Assembly (NCBI GenBank): GCA_045536535.1
Contig: JAZSNS010000027.1
Span: 45,573 to 109,572, forward strand
Source: Eubacteriales bacterium
Lineage (GTDB): Bacteria; Bacillota; Clostridia; Oscillospirales; CAG-382
Length of the DNA stretch: 64,000 nucleotides
Direction of reading: 5' to 3'
The notes under the pieces were generated by a model. The model had not been told where the DNA came from. It worked only from the letters and a program-made list of their open reading frames with translations, and made no database searches. A program made the position numbers and the translations under genes. Below are positions 20,479-30,787 of this stretch, in pieces (position 1 is the first letter of the stretch; the number at the start of each line of letters is the position of its first letter).

Positions 20479-21288
20479 ATATATTAAATCCGAAATTTTA
20501 GAAAATGCAAATATATCGAGTTCTTCGCCTCGAACGTTTTCCGGAAAACCCGCTTCTTTGATGATTTCGATAATTTTCTGCTTTGAAATTGAACTTCCGA
20601 AATAAGAATTCAGGGAATTCGAAAGGGTTTTTCTTCTCTGAGAAAAAGCGGCACGAATGACTTTGAAAAGCGTCGCCTTATCAATAGGTTTCACGATCGG
20701 TTCTTTATGAAGATCGAAACGAATAACGGCGCTGTCAACCTTGGGCTTCGGGTCGAACGAACCTGCTTTAACGGTGAAAAGCCGTTTTACGGACGCGTAA
20801 TAACTTATCGAAGCGGTGATCGCACCATAACCTTCGGCGCCGGCTTTTGCGCAAAATCGTTCGGCAACCTCTTTTTGAACCATAACGGTTATCGTTTTGA
20901 AGCCGTATTCCCCTTCGAGCAGTTTCATGACAATATCAGTCGTGATGTAGTAAGGGAGATTTGCACAAACACAAACCTGCTTATTGCCGAATTCCTCTTT
21001 TATAAGTGAATCTATATCTGTCTTTAATATGTCGGAATTAATGATTTTAACGTTGTTGCATTCCGCTAACTTCTGAGGTAAAATCTCCATCAATTCGGTA
21101 TCGATCTCGATTGCAACAACCTTGCTTGCGACGGCAGATAACTCACGTGTCAAAATGCCGAATCCCGGACCGATTTCAATAACGGCGTCATCGGGTTCGA
21201 TTCCGCTTTCGGCGGCTATTCTTTTTGGTATTGCAGAATTGGTGAGGAAATTCTGACCATACTGTTTTTTCTTCTTGAATTCAGCCAT
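20461..21288 (-). CDS. rsmA: 16S rRNA m6,2A dimethyltransferase
   Basis: GQNFL, EIGPGFG, ANLPYYIT, PKVDSAV, FSQRRKTL. Confidence 0.95.
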   Translation of the reverse strand: MAEFKKKKQYGQNFLTNSAIPKRIAAESGIEPDDAVIEIGPGFGILTRELSAVASKVVAIEIDTELMEILPQKLAECNNVKIINSDILKTDIDSLIKEEFGNKQVCVCANLPYYITTDIVMKLLEGEYGFKTITVMVQKEVAERFCAKAGAEGYGAITASISYYASVKRLFTVKAGSFDPKPKVDSAVIRFDLHKEPIVKPIDKATLFKVIRAAFSQRRKTLSNSLNSYFGSSISKQKIIEIIKEAGFPENVRGEELDIFAFSKISDLIYKNSEV

Positions 21289-21845
21289 TATTCTTTTTCT
21301 ATAATCGTGAGGAATTTGGCGGTTCCTTCAACAGCGTGCTGTCCGTGAGGAATCGAGGCGGTGAAATAGATAGAATCGCCTGCGTCAAGCTTCATTGTGC
21401 GAGTGCCGACAGTGACCTCGATCGCGCCTTCGAGAACATAATTGAATTCTTGCCCGGAATGCGAAACAAGAGGCGAACGTTTGTCATTTGAAGATAAAGT
21501 GACGATCATAGGCTCTTTGTCGCGGCCGATAAAGTTATGAGCCAATGCTTCGAACGAATAGCCGGGGTAACGTTCAATGATAACACCTGCGTTTTTTCTT
21601 GTGACACAATATTCTGCCATACGAGGTGCTTCGCCGAGGATAAGTTCGGTAGCATCGACGCCGAGCGCTGCGGCGGCGGAATAAATGACGCTGATAGGAA
21701 TGTCTCTTTCGCCGTTTTCATAAGAGAGATATTCATCGAGAGAAATGTCAATTGCGTCGGCAACTTCCTGCTCGGTCATATCGACTGCGTCGCGCAGATA
21801 TTTAATTCTTTGAGCGATTTGTTGAATCTGTTCGTTGACGTTCAT
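21288..21845 (-). CDS. XRE-family HTH + cupin transcriptional regulator
   Basis: N-terminal HTH (YENGERDIP), C-terminal cupin HSGQEFNYVLEG...GDSIYF..PH. Confidence 0.88.
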   Translation of the reverse strand: MNVNEQIQQIAQRIKYLRDAVDMTEQEVADAIDISLDEYLSYENGERDIPISVIYSAAAALGVDATELILGEAPRMAEYCVTRKNAGVIIERYPGYSFEALAHNFIGRDKEPMIVTLSSNDKRSPLVSHSGQEFNYVLEGAIEVTVGTRTMKLDAGDSIYFTASIPHGQHAVEGTAKFLTIIEKE

Positions 21846-21913
21846 CTGTATGCTCCATTTATATTTGTTAAAGAAATTATATCATTTATAACATTGTCAG
21901 TCAAGGGACAATA

Positions 21914-22705
21914 TCAATTAAACTCAATATTGTCAAGCACTATTTTTCTGCCTTTATAGGAAAACGCATACTTTTTGAACTCGTCATCCGAAAGGGAATT
22001 GATAAAATCAATGCTGATGTTATTGATTCTGGAATTTTCGAAATATGGTATAGGTGAAATGTCTGCGCATGAATTGTGAGGACATACGTTTTGGCATATA
22101 TCGCATCCCCACACGATATGGTTTTCTTTTAGTAACGATTTTTCAAGGTTGCTTTTGGTTTTCTTTTGAGAAATGGCGGATAAACATTTCGAACGGTCTA
22201 TTCCTTGCGGCATTATAGCTGAGTTGGGGCAGGCATCTATACACATTCCGCAATTTTCGCAAAAATTGATTTTTAAAGCCTTTTTTTCGCAGGGGGCGTT
22301 TGTTAGTATAGTTCCTAAAAATATGAAACTTCCATAGACATTATTTATCAAGAGCGAGTTTCTTCCGATGATACCGAGCCCGCATTTGGCAGCTGCCAAC
22401 TTTTCGTTGATCGGGGAATGATCGCAAAAACCATAAAATTCATAGCCGGTGATTTCTTTCATCAATGGAATTATCCGCTCGAAAAGCGTGGCGCTGAATT
22501 TATGGTAATCGTAGATTCGTGCGTATTCGGAGAAACCGTCGTTTGCGATTTCCTTTGTTGATCGGTAGGGGATACAAAACATTATTACGCTTTTTGCGTC
22601 TTTTGGCAGAATACGTTCGTTAATGATTTCGCATTCGCTAATGTCGATCGCTCCGACACATTCTATTCCTTCGTTAAGTAAAATCTCTTTTATGGAATCT
22701 AACAT
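21914..22705 (-). CDS. queG: Epoxyqueuosine reductase (QueG-like)
   Basis: YARIYDYH, GLGIIGRNSL, CxxCxxCxxxCP, GCDICQNVCP. Confidence 0.75.
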   Translation of the reverse strand: MLDSIKEILLNEGIECVGAIDISECEIINERILPKDAKSVIMFCIPYRSTKEIANDGFSEYARIYDYHKFSATLFERIIPLMKEITGYEFYGFCDHSPINEKLAAAKCGLGIIGRNSLLINNVYGSFIFLGTILTNAPCEKKALKINFCENCGMCIDACPNSAIMPQGIDRSKCLSAISQKKTKSNLEKSLLKENHIVWGCDICQNVCPHNSCADISPIPYFENSRINNISIDFINSLSDDEFKKYAFSYKGRKIVLDNIEFN

Positions 22706-22717
22706 AATACCTCAAAT

Positions 22718-22756
22718 AAAAACGCGAGCAATCCGTTTTGGTTGCCCGCGTGTTTT
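22718..22756 (-). terminator. Terminator of the rpsF operon
   Basis: ACGCGAGCAA / TTGCCCGCGT stem with minus-strand T-tract. Confidence 0.65.
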
Positions 22757-22765
22757 GTAGACTGA

Positions 22766-23095
22766 TTAGTCGGTGATATAAGGAATAAGTGCGAGATGTC
22801 TTGCTCTCTTAACAGCGACGGTGAGCTGTCTCTGGTGAAGAGCACAAGTGCCGGTTACGCGGCGGGGAAGAATTTTAGCGCGTTCAGAAAGGTTCTTTCT
22901 GATGCGAACGGTATCCTTATAATCGATATGATCTACCTTATCGGCGCAGAATGCGCAAACTTTCTTTCTTCTCTTGTTACGGAAAGGAACTCTTGCGCCC
23001 TCGCGCTGTTCGCGGGGTTCTCTGCTTTCTCTAACTTCGTTCTGTTCAGCAGGTGCAACAGTTTCTTCGGTAACAACAACCTGTTCGTTATCCAT
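22766..23095 (-). CDS. rpsR: 30S ribosomal protein S18 (Zn-binding type, acidic N-terminal extension)
   Basis: [27 protein letters not shown]. Confidence 0.96.
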   Translation of the reverse strand: MDNEQVVVTEETVAPAEQNEVRESREPREQREGARVPFRNKRRKKVCAFCADKVDHIDYKDTVRIRKNLSERAKILPRRVTGTCALHQRQLTVAVKRARHLALIPYITD

Positions 23096-23117
23096 GATTT
23101 TCCTCCTTGATTAAAAA

Positions 23118-23552
23118 TTAGAAGGGCAATTCGTCGTCTGCGGAAAGATCCTCAAAACCGGAATCTGCCGTGGGTGTGCTGTAAGTGGGTGCGGCGTTTT
23201 GTGCCATGGGTTGTCCGGGCATGCCTTCGCCTTTTCTGTCGACGAAAGAAACTTCATCGGCAACGATTTCAACGTTGTAATGTTTAACGTTGTTATTGTC
23301 GGTCCAGTTACGGTTTTGAAGAGTGCCGGAAACAAGAATAGGTCTGCCTTTTGCAAAGAAACGCGAAACAAATTCAGCGGTTTGGCGCCAAGCAACGATA
23401 TCGAAGAAATCGGTTTGAGGCTGTTCGCCCGCACGAGTGAATCTTCTGTTTACCGCAATGCGGAATCTTGTAACGGAAATTCCGTTGGGGGTAGTCTTCA
23501 ATTCGGGATCGGCAACAATATTGCCAACAAGTATTACTCTATTGAATGCCAT
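23118..23552 (-). CDS. ssb: Single-stranded DNA-binding protein
   Basis: NRVILVG, C-terminal DDELPF. Confidence 0.96.
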   Translation of the reverse strand: MAFNRVILVGNIVADPELKTTPNGISVTRFRIAVNRRFTRAGEQPQTDFFDIVAWRQTAEFVSRFFAKGRPILVSGTLQNRNWTDNNNVKHYNVEIVADEVSFVDRKGEGMPGQPMAQNAAPTYSTPTADSGFEDLSADDELPF

Positions 23553-23584
23553 GGTATTACCTCACATTTCAGCGGATGAATTGT

Positions 23585-23869
23585 TTACTCTTCGCATTTA
23601 ACGATGAGCGAACGAAGAATGCCGTCGGTGATGTTATAAATTCTGCTGAGTTCGCTCGGGAATTCAGGCGCCGATGCGAATTTGACGAGAACATAATAAC
23701 CTTCGGTTAAATCTTCGATGGGGTACGCGAATTTTCTGTTGCCCCATTCATTGATCGATTCCACTTCGGAATTCGAACTAATGAGCGAGGTGAACTTTTC
23801 AACGAGTGCTTTAACGGATTCTTCGCCGAGCGCACTGTTGACAACGAAAATTGTTTCGTACTTGTTCAT
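23585..23869 (-). CDS. rpsF: 30S ribosomal protein S6
   Basis: MNKYE, WGNRKFAYPI, EGYY. Confidence 0.96.
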   Translation of the reverse strand: MNKYETIFVVNSALGEESVKALVEKFTSLISSNSEVESINEWGNRKFAYPIEDLTEGYYVLVKFASAPEFPSELSRIYNITDGILRSLIVKCEE

Positions 23870-23877
23870 CTTTCTAC

Positions 23878-23922
23878 ACCTCCTTCTGGACTTTGACTCC
23901 GACTCATGGACGGAGTAAGGAG
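23878..23922 (-). promoter_or_regulatory. S6:S18 (rpsF) autoregulatory leader RNA
   Basis: Minus strand CTCCTT pairs with the RBS AAGGAG; inner ACTCCG/CGGAGT stem; bulge with CCAG (CCR) motif. Confidence 0.65.
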
Positions 23923-24000
23923 AAAACTAAAAGTTTTCGTACTTATCAAGTATATCACAAAAAAGCCAATTTGTCAACAACTTTTTGCATGATACAGTTG

Positions 24001-25122
24001 TTAGGAATCTTTGTTTTGGTTGTGCCTTTTGAGCAAGCGGCGAATTCTTGCAGCGCTGTCGAGGAGCGGTGAAATGGATTCATCGTTATTCAGCGTACAA
24101 AGAATTTTCGCAATGAACTTGGACATATCGACCTGAACGAACCAAGGACGCTTCAAAAGTTCTTCGGGCGCATAGGTAAGGTTGGTCGAATAGAGTTTTT
24201 TGAGTTTGCCTTCTTCGTAAAGTTTGTCGAACTTTTCGAGACCGCTCGTGAAGAATGCGAAGGAAACAGCTGCATAAACGTCGCTGACGTTCTGTTTCTG
24301 GATTTCGTTGATGACGTCAATTACAGATTCGCCGGAAGCGATCATATCGTCAATGATGAGCACGCGCTTACCTTCCAAAGGACCGCCGATGTATTCATGC
24401 TGTACGATGGGGTTCTTGCCGTTTACGATTCTGGAATGATCTCTTCTTTTATAGAACATACCAACGTCAAGACCGAGAACGTTTGCATAATAGATCGCTC
24501 TGTCCATAGCGCCGGTATCGGGACTGATAACGGTCATGTTATCCTTGAAAATGTCATCGCCTTCATTCTGAATGAAACGTTTGAGCATGGAATAGGTAGG
24601 ATAAATATTTTCAAAAGAAGTGCCGGGGATGGCATTGTAAATGGTGGAGTCATGTGCATCAAAGGTAAGAATGCAATCAACACCGAGATTTTGAAGTTCT
24701 TCAAGCGCCTGTGCGCAGTCAAGAGATTCTCTGCCCTTTCTCTTGTGTTGACGGGATGAATAGAGAAGAGGCATAAGGACGGTGACACGGCTCGCTTTAC
24801 CGCCGATCGCCGAAAGAACGCGCTTGATATCGCGGAAATGGTCATCGGGACTCATGTGATTCTCATAACCGAAGAGGTCATAGGTGCAACTGTAATTGCC
24901 GATGTCGCAAAGTATGTAAATGTCTCTGCCTCTGACAGAGTCGTGGATTTTAACTTTGCCTTCGCCGTTGCTGAAACGAACTTCTTCAATGGGAATGATG
25001 TAACTTTCCGATTCATCATCATTTCTTAACTGACGGATAAACTGATCAACTTCTTTGCCGAGCTGGGCGCAGCTTTTAAGAACAATTAAACCCATTTTTC
25101 CGTGGTGTTGAACTTGTGCCAT
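24001..25122 (-). CDS. prs: Ribose-phosphate pyrophosphokinase (long clostridial form)
   Basis: RFSNGEGK, VISPDTGA, IIDDMIASGES PRPP motif. Confidence 0.92.
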   Translation of the reverse strand: MAQVQHHGKMGLIVLKSCAQLGKEVDQFIRQLRNDDESESYIIPIEEVRFSNGEGKVKIHDSVRGRDIYILCDIGNYSCTYDLFGYENHMSPDDHFRDIKRVLSAIGGKASRVTVLMPLLYSSRQHKRKGRESLDCAQALEELQNLGVDCILTFDAHDSTIYNAIPGTSFENIYPTYSMLKRFIQNEGDDIFKDNMTVISPDTGAMDRAIYYANVLGLDVGMFYKRRDHSRIVNGKNPIVQHEYIGGPLEGKRVLIIDDMIASGESVIDVINEIQKQNVSDVYAAVSFAFFTSGLEKFDKLYEEGKLKKLYSTNLTYAPEELLKRPWFVQVDMSKFIAKILCTLNNDESISPLLDSAARIRRLLKRHNQNKDS

Positions 25123-25279
25123 GATAACACTCCTTGTCAATGAAATTAGCCATATATATTCTAACTAAAAAAAATCAATTTGTATATTGACTAATTTCAC
25201 AAAACAAACTATTTTTTTTGTTTCTTTTAAAAGAATTTGTCTAAACTTTGAAAAAAAGCATGTTTTATTAAATAAATAA

Positions 25280-25326
25280 TTGACTTTATTTTATGTGTAT
25301 GATATTATATACAAGAACAAAAGTTC
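25280..25326 (+). promoter_or_regulatory. recA promoter with Gram-positive LexA (Cheo) box
   Basis: TTGACT-N17-TATTAT with TG extension; GAAC-AAAA-GTTC at 25315-25326. Confidence 0.8.
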
Positions 25327-25342
25327 GTATGGAGGTATCAAA

Positions 25343-26404
25343 ATGGCGATTAAAGATGTAAAAAATGACAGTAAGAAACTCGCGCTTGAAACCGCGCTTG
25401 CTCAAATAGAAAAACAATGCGGTAAAGGCTCGATCATGCGTCTTGGCGAAAATGCGGGGATGGAGATCAAAAGTGTTCCCACCGGTTCGCTTTCGCTTGA
25501 TGTTGCTTTGGGAATCGGCGGTGTGCCGAAGGGCAGGATTATTGAAATTTACGGTCCTGAATCTTCCGGTAAAACGACACTGGCACTTCATATAATTGCC
25601 GAAGTTCAAAAGCAGGGCGGTGAAGCGGCTTTCATTGACGCCGAACACGCATTGGATCCTATTTATGCAAGAGCTCTCGGCGTTGATACCGATTCGCTTC
25701 TTGTCTCTCAACCCGACTACGGTGAACAGGCGCTCGAAATAACCGAGGCACTCGTTCGTTCCGGTGCGGTTGAAGTTGTCGTTGTTGACTCTGTTGCGGC
25801 GCTTGTACCTAAAAATGAAATTGATGGTGACATGGGTGATTCGCACGTCGGTCTTCATGCACGTTTGATGTCTCAGGCTCTCCGTAAACTTTCGGGTGCG
25901 ATTGCGAAATCAAGTTGTATCGTTATTTTTATAAACCAGCTTCGTGAAAAAGTCGGTGTTATTTACGGAAATCCCGAAACAACGACCGGTGGACGCGCTT
26001 TGAAGTTTTATGCCTCCGTGCGTCTTGACGTACGCAAATCCGAACAACTCAAAAACGGCAGCGAAATTATCGGTAACCACGTTAAATGTAAGGTTGTTAA
26101 GAACAAAGTTGCTCCCCCTTTCCGTACCGCTGAATTCGATATTATTTACGGCAAGGGTATTTCAAAGGAAAGCGAAATTATTGAACTCGGTATCAATTGC
26201 GGCGTGATTGATAAAAGCGGCTCGTGGCTTTCGTACAACGGCGAAAAACTTGGCCAGGGCAAAGATAAAGTCCGTGCACTTCTTGAAGAAAATCAAGCGC
26301 TTGCCGAAGAACTTTCGGAAAAAATTCTTGCGCACTATACCGGTTCTTCTCAAAACGATATTAAGGAATCCGTCAGCGCCGAAGAATTTTTCGGTGAAGA
26401 ATAA
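25343..26404 (+). CDS. recA: Recombinase RecA
   Basis: [30 protein letters not shown]; ATG 25343 after GGAGG. Confidence 0.98.
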   Translation: MAIKDVKNDSKKLALETALAQIEKQCGKGSIMRLGENAGMEIKSVPTGSLSLDVALGIGGVPKGRIIEIYGPESSGKTTLALHIIAEVQKQGGEAAFIDAEHALDPIYARALGVDTDSLLVSQPDYGEQALEITEALVRSGAVEVVVVDSVAALVPKNEIDGDMGDSHVGLHARLMSQALRKLSGAIAKSSCIVIFINQLREKVGVIYGNPETTTGGRALKFYASVRLDVRKSEQLKNGSEIIGNHVKCKVVKNKVAPPFRTAEFDIIYGKGISKESEIIELGINCGVIDKSGSWLSYNGEKLGQGKDKVRALLEENQALAEELSEKILAHYTGSSQNDIKESVSAEEFFGEE

Positions 26405-26407
26405 TTC

Positions 26408-27022
26408 ATGTTTATCGTAGATTCTGTCCGCTGCGATGACAACAGCAACGAAGCGGTTGTTGTTTGCGGCGGAGAAAGATATCGTATCACCGTTCATGAT
26501 CTTGAACTGTTGGAGATCGAAGAAGGAATTGAACTTGATGAAGACGGTTTTGCCGCGCTTCAAGAAGCGTTTGAGAGGCTCACTTGTATTAAGAAAGCGT
26601 TTGATTATCTTTCTTATGGTGACCTGTCGGAACGTCAACTTCGAGATAAATTGACGCGTAAGTTTTCCAAGGAGCTTTCCGCCGATGTGGCTGCATTATT
26701 TGTAGAACGCGGTTATGTTAACGATGCACGTCTTGCGGAGCGATATGCCGAAACCTTTTATGAATTTAAGAATATGGGTTTGGGTCGTATTCGCAATGAA
26801 CTGTATCGGCGCGGTATATGTCGCGAAGATATCGAGAACGCTCTTGCTAAATATGAGTTTGAAGATCAAAGCGAGAGAATTGAAGAATTTATCAGAAAAA
26901 AATATGACATTTCCAAAATGAATGATATAAAATACCGTCAAAAGGTTTATTCGGGTGCATTGCGCGCCGGCTTTAACGGTTCTGACATCGGAGATGTTAT
27001 AAGGAATTTTGAAAGCGAGTGA
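26408..27022 (+). CDS. recX: Regulatory protein RecX
   Basis: AFDYLS..SERQLRDKL, GYVNDARLA, IRNELYRRG; directly after recA. Confidence 0.88.
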   Translation: MFIVDSVRCDDNSNEAVVVCGGERYRITVHDLELLEIEEGIELDEDGFAALQEAFERLTCIKKAFDYLSYGDLSERQLRDKLTRKFSKELSADVAALFVERGYVNDARLAERYAETFYEFKNMGLGRIRNELYRRGICREDIENALAKYEFEDQSERIEEFIRKKYDISKMNDIKYRQKVYSGALRAGFNGSDIGDVIRNFESE

Positions 27023-28353
27023 AGGATATGCCGATTAAGGTTGGCTTTGTTTCTTTGGGTTGTCCGAAGAATCTTATTAACACCGAAGTTATGCTTGCCA
27101 TGCTTGTTGATCACGGCATGGAGATTGTAGCGGAAGACATCGAGGCAGATGTTATCGTTATAAACACCTGTGCATTTATCGAAAGTGCTAAAAACGAGGC
27201 TATTGATAATATACTTGACATAGCATGGTTAAAAAAGAACCGTTCGTTAAAGGGTATTGTTGTTACGGGTTGTCTGCCGCAGAGATATAAAGAAGAATTT
27301 TTGAAAGAGCTTCCCGAAGTCAATTGTATCCTCGGCACGGGTTCTATCGAAGACATTTGTGAGGCTGTTGAAGTTGCATATAAAGGCGGAACATTCAGCA
27401 GTTTTAAAAATGTTGATGAAACTCCCCTCGGCGGAGAACGAGTTATAACCACGCCCGAATATTTTGCCTATGTGCAAATTGCAGAAGGATGTGATAACCG
27501 TTGCACATATTGCGTTATTCCCGACATTCGCGGTAAATTCAGAAGCCGTAAAATGACAGATATTATCGACGAGGTCGAAAATCTCGCAGATATGGGTATT
27601 AAAGAGATCTGCCTTGTTGCTCAGGACACAACGCGATACGGAGAGGATCTTTACGGCACTTATGCACTTGACAGCCTTATATCCGCGCTTTCTGAAATTG
27701 AAGGCATTGAATGGATAAGAGTTCTCTATTGTTATCCCGACAGAATAACCGATGGTCTTATCAATGAATTCAAGACCAACGACAAACTTTTAAAATACAT
27801 AGATATGCCCATTCAGCATATTAATGATGATGTGTTAAAGGCGATGAACCGCCGCGATACCGCTGAAAGTATCAAGAACGTCATCGGTAAACTCCGTTCG
27901 GAAGTGCCGGGGATAGTTTTGCGAAGCACGGTTATCATCGGTTTTCCGGGCGAGACCGAAAAACAATTCAACGAACTTCGTTCCTTCCTGAAAGATACAA
28001 AGTTTGAACGACTTGGAGTGTTTGAATATTCGCGCGAAGAAGGAACCCCTGCGTACGATATGCCTCGTCAGGTGACTGCCAACACCAAGAAGAAACGCTG
28101 CGAAGCGATCATGAGCGATCAAAATCGGATCCACAACGATTTTAATGCTGGTTTTGTTAATGAGACTGTAAGAGTGATTTGCGAGGGATATGATCCTGTT
28201 TCCGAGTGTTTCTTCGGACGTTCTTATGCCGATGCGCCTGATATCGACGGAAAAGTTTACTTCACTTCATCGAAAAGGGTTCGTGACGGCGAATTTGTCG
28301 ATGTGAGAATCACCGAAGTTCTTGATTATGATCTTTTCGGCAAGGTTTGCTGA
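27019..28353 (+). CDS. rimO: Ribosomal protein S12 methylthiotransferase
   Basis: SLGCPKN, EGCDNRCTYC radical-SAM motif, DAPDIDG TRAM domain. Confidence 0.93.
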   Translation: MKDMPIKVGFVSLGCPKNLINTEVMLAMLVDHGMEIVAEDIEADVIVINTCAFIESAKNEAIDNILDIAWLKKNRSLKGIVVTGCLPQRYKEEFLKELPEVNCILGTGSIEDICEAVEVAYKGGTFSSFKNVDETPLGGERVITTPEYFAYVQIAEGCDNRCTYCVIPDIRGKFRSRKMTDIIDEVENLADMGIKEICLVAQDTTRYGEDLYGTYALDSLISALSEIEGIEWIRVLYCYPDRITDGLINEFKTNDKLLKYIDMPIQHINDDVLKAMNRRDTAESIKNVIGKLRSEVPGIVLRSTVIIGFPGETEKQFNELRSFLKDTKFERLGVFEYSREEGTPAYDMPRQVTANTKKKRCEAIMSDQNRIHNDFNAGFVNETVRVICEGYDPVSECFFGRSYADAPDIDGKVYFTSSKRVRDGEFVDVRITEVLDYDLFGKVC

Positions 28354-28373
28354 AACGTTTACGGAGGAAAAGT

Positions 28374-28988
28374 ATGAACCTTCCCAACAAATTGACCCTA
28401 GGAAGAATTATCGCGATACCGTTCTTCGTGTTCTTTCTGGTCTATAATTTTTTTGAAAATCCTGATATAAGCCGTATTATCGCCGCTGCATTTTTCCTTG
28501 TAGCATCTTTTACCGATTTTTTGGACGGATATCTTGCCAGATCGCGCAATTTGGTCACTGACTTCGGAAAGTTCATGGATCCGCTAGCGGATAAATTTCT
28601 TATTCTCGGTGCGATGTTTGCGATTTGTTTTTCGGATTACATTTTTGAATATGATGAGGCCTTTTTAACACTCATTCCTGTTGAAGTTATTCGTCATTTG
28701 TTTTTCTGGACAGCGATCGTTGTTGTGTTCCGCGAACTTGCTGTCACTTCAATGAGACTTGTTGTTGCAAATTCTAACGGCGCTGTCATTGCCGCGAATA
28801 AGTTAGGAAAAATCAAAACCGTAACCCAAATCATAGGCACATCTGCCGTAATGCTCGAACCCGTTATTCTTCCGTTTTGTCACGGTTGGGTAACGTTGCT
28901 CTCGACGGCAGCAATGTTGTTTTTCACGGTTCTCTCCGGCTTCAATTATATCAAATCATATTGGAAGTTTATCAACACTAACAAATAA
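28374..28988 (+). CDS. pgsA: CDP-diacylglycerol--glycerol-3-phosphate 3-phosphatidyltransferase
   Basis: MNLPNKLT, TDFLDGYLAR...FGKFMDPLADK. Confidence 0.93.
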   Translation: MNLPNKLTLGRIIAIPFFVFFLVYNFFENPDISRIIAAAFFLVASFTDFLDGYLARSRNLVTDFGKFMDPLADKFLILGAMFAICFSDYIFEYDEAFLTLIPVEVIRHLFFWTAIVVVFRELAVTSMRLVVANSNGAVIAANKLGKIKTVTQIIGTSAVMLEPVILPFCHGWVTLLSTAAMLFFTVLSGFNYIKSYWKFINTNK

Positions 28989-28997
28989 GAGGCATTT

Positions 28998-30389
28998 ATG
29001 AAACTTTTTAATACACTTTCACGACAAAAAGAAGATTTTGTCATTCGCGACGGGGAAGTAAGGATGTATGTTTGCGGACCGACCGTATATAACTATTTCC
29101 ATATCGGAAATGCGCGTTGTTTCGTTGTTTTTGACATGCTTCGCCGTTATCTCGAATATCGCGGAAACAAAGTTACTTTCGTTCAAAATTTTACAGACGT
29201 TGACGATAAACTCATTCGTGCCGCAAAGGAGAATAACACAACTGTACCTGCGATCGCCGAAAGATTTATCAATGAATATTTCACCGACGCGCGCGGGCTC
29301 GGCGTTCATGATGCTACAATTCATCCCCGTGCCACCGAGAACATCGACAAAATCATTGAAATAGTTGAAAAACTTATCATAAACGGAAATGCATACGTTT
29401 CGGGTAACGATGTCTATTTTGATTCTCAGAGCGACAAGCAATACGGCAAACTTTCTCATTACAACATGGAGGATCTCGAAGCGGGCGCACGCATTGACGT
29501 TAACGAGGTAAAGAAGCATCCTTTTGACTTTGCGCTTTGGAAGGGAAAGAAAGAGGAAAGTGAAATTTCATGGACCTCTCCTTGGGGGGAAGGTCGTCCC
29601 GGCTGGCATATCGAATGCTCTGCTATGGTCAATAAGTATCTCGGGACGGATATTGATATTCACGGTGGCGGAGTTGATTTGATTTTCCCTCATCATGAAA
29701 ATGAAATTGCGCAGAGTGAATGCGCAACCGGTTGCACCCTTGCGAGATTTTGGCTCCACAACGGACATATTAACGTTGATAACAAAAAGATGAGCAAGTC
29801 AGCCGGTAACTTCTTCTTGGTTCGCGATGCTGCCGGAAAATACGGATACAAAGCGGTTCGTTTCTTCCTGCTCTCGTCGCATTACAGAAGCCCTATAAAT
29901 TACAGCAACGATATTCTTTCGCAAGCATCTGCCGCTGTTGAACGATTGAATAATTGTTTGGGTAATATTGATTTCGCAGCTAAAAATGCACAAGGTGATT
30001 TGTCTGAAAGAGAAGCAGAAAGCATTGAGCTTCTCAAAGCAAAGAAGAACAGCTTTATCGAAGCGATGGACGATGATCTCAATACCGCCGATGCGATCGG
30101 ATATCTCTTTGAAATGACCAGAGAAATCAATACTGTTATAACAAACGGCGCGTCGAAAGATTTTATTGATGCGGTTAACGAGATATATGTTCCGCTTTGT
30201 GATTTGCTCGGTTTCGGCAGAGAGGAATCCGATGTTGACGTTGCCTACATCGAAGAAATGATCGCAAAACGTACCGAGGCGAAGAAGGCGAAGAATTTTG
30301 CCGAAGCCGATGCGATCAGAAATGAGCTTCTTGAAAAAGGTATCGTCCTTGAAGATACCCGTCAAGGTGTTAAATGGAAAAAAGTTTAG
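28998..30389 (+). CDS. cysS: Cysteine--tRNA ligase
   Basis: CGPTVY, HIGN, GWHIECS, KMSKS. Confidence 0.97.
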   Translation: MKLFNTLSRQKEDFVIRDGEVRMYVCGPTVYNYFHIGNARCFVVFDMLRRYLEYRGNKVTFVQNFTDVDDKLIRAAKENNTTVPAIAERFINEYFTDARGLGVHDATIHPRATENIDKIIEIVEKLIINGNAYVSGNDVYFDSQSDKQYGKLSHYNMEDLEAGARIDVNEVKKHPFDFALWKGKKEESEISWTSPWGEGRPGWHIECSAMVNKYLGTDIDIHGGGVDLIFPHHENEIAQSECATGCTLARFWLHNGHINVDNKKMSKSAGNFFLVRDAAGKYGYKAVRFFLLSSHYRSPINYSNDILSQASAAVERLNNCLGNIDFAAKNAQGDLSEREAESIELLKAKKNSFIEAMDDDLNTADAIGYLFEMTREINTVITNGASKDFIDAVNEIYVPLCDLLGFGREESDVDVAYIEEMIAKRTEAKKAKNFAEADAIRNELLEKGIVLEDTRQGVKWKKV

Positions 30390-30787
30390 AGTTTATCAAA
30401 CGAAATTACAGCCCGTTGGTTCTCGCATATTTGGGTGATTCGTTTTATGAAACACTTGCAAGAGAATATGTTATTTCTGACGGTGATTGTGTTGTTTCGA
30501 AATTGAACGAGCGCATCAAGGACATAATAACAGCTGTTTCGCAAAGCAGATTGATAGGTTATATGTTGCCTTTGCTTGACGAGACCGAAACATGGTTTTA
30601 TAAAACGGGCAGAAATGCACGTAATACGCATCACTCGCGAAGTGCTGAAGCGGTTGAATATCGCCGTGCAACGGGTTTGGAGTGCCTTTACGGATATTTT
30701 TATCTTTCCGGACGCACTGATAGGGCGAAGGAACTTTTGGAGATTGCTGTAAGGCAATCAGAAAGTGATATGGGGCAAAAACAATGA
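30374..30787 (+). CDS. mrnC: Mini-ribonuclease III
   Basis: LAYLGDS, GRNA, YRRATGLECLYG; follows cysS. Confidence 0.88.
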   Translation: MEKSLEFIKRNYSPLVLAYLGDSFYETLAREYVISDGDCVVSKLNERIKDIITAVSQSRLIGYMLPLLDETETWFYKTGRNARNTHHSRSAEAVEYRRATGLECLYGYFYLSGRTDRAKELLEIAVRQSESDMGQKQ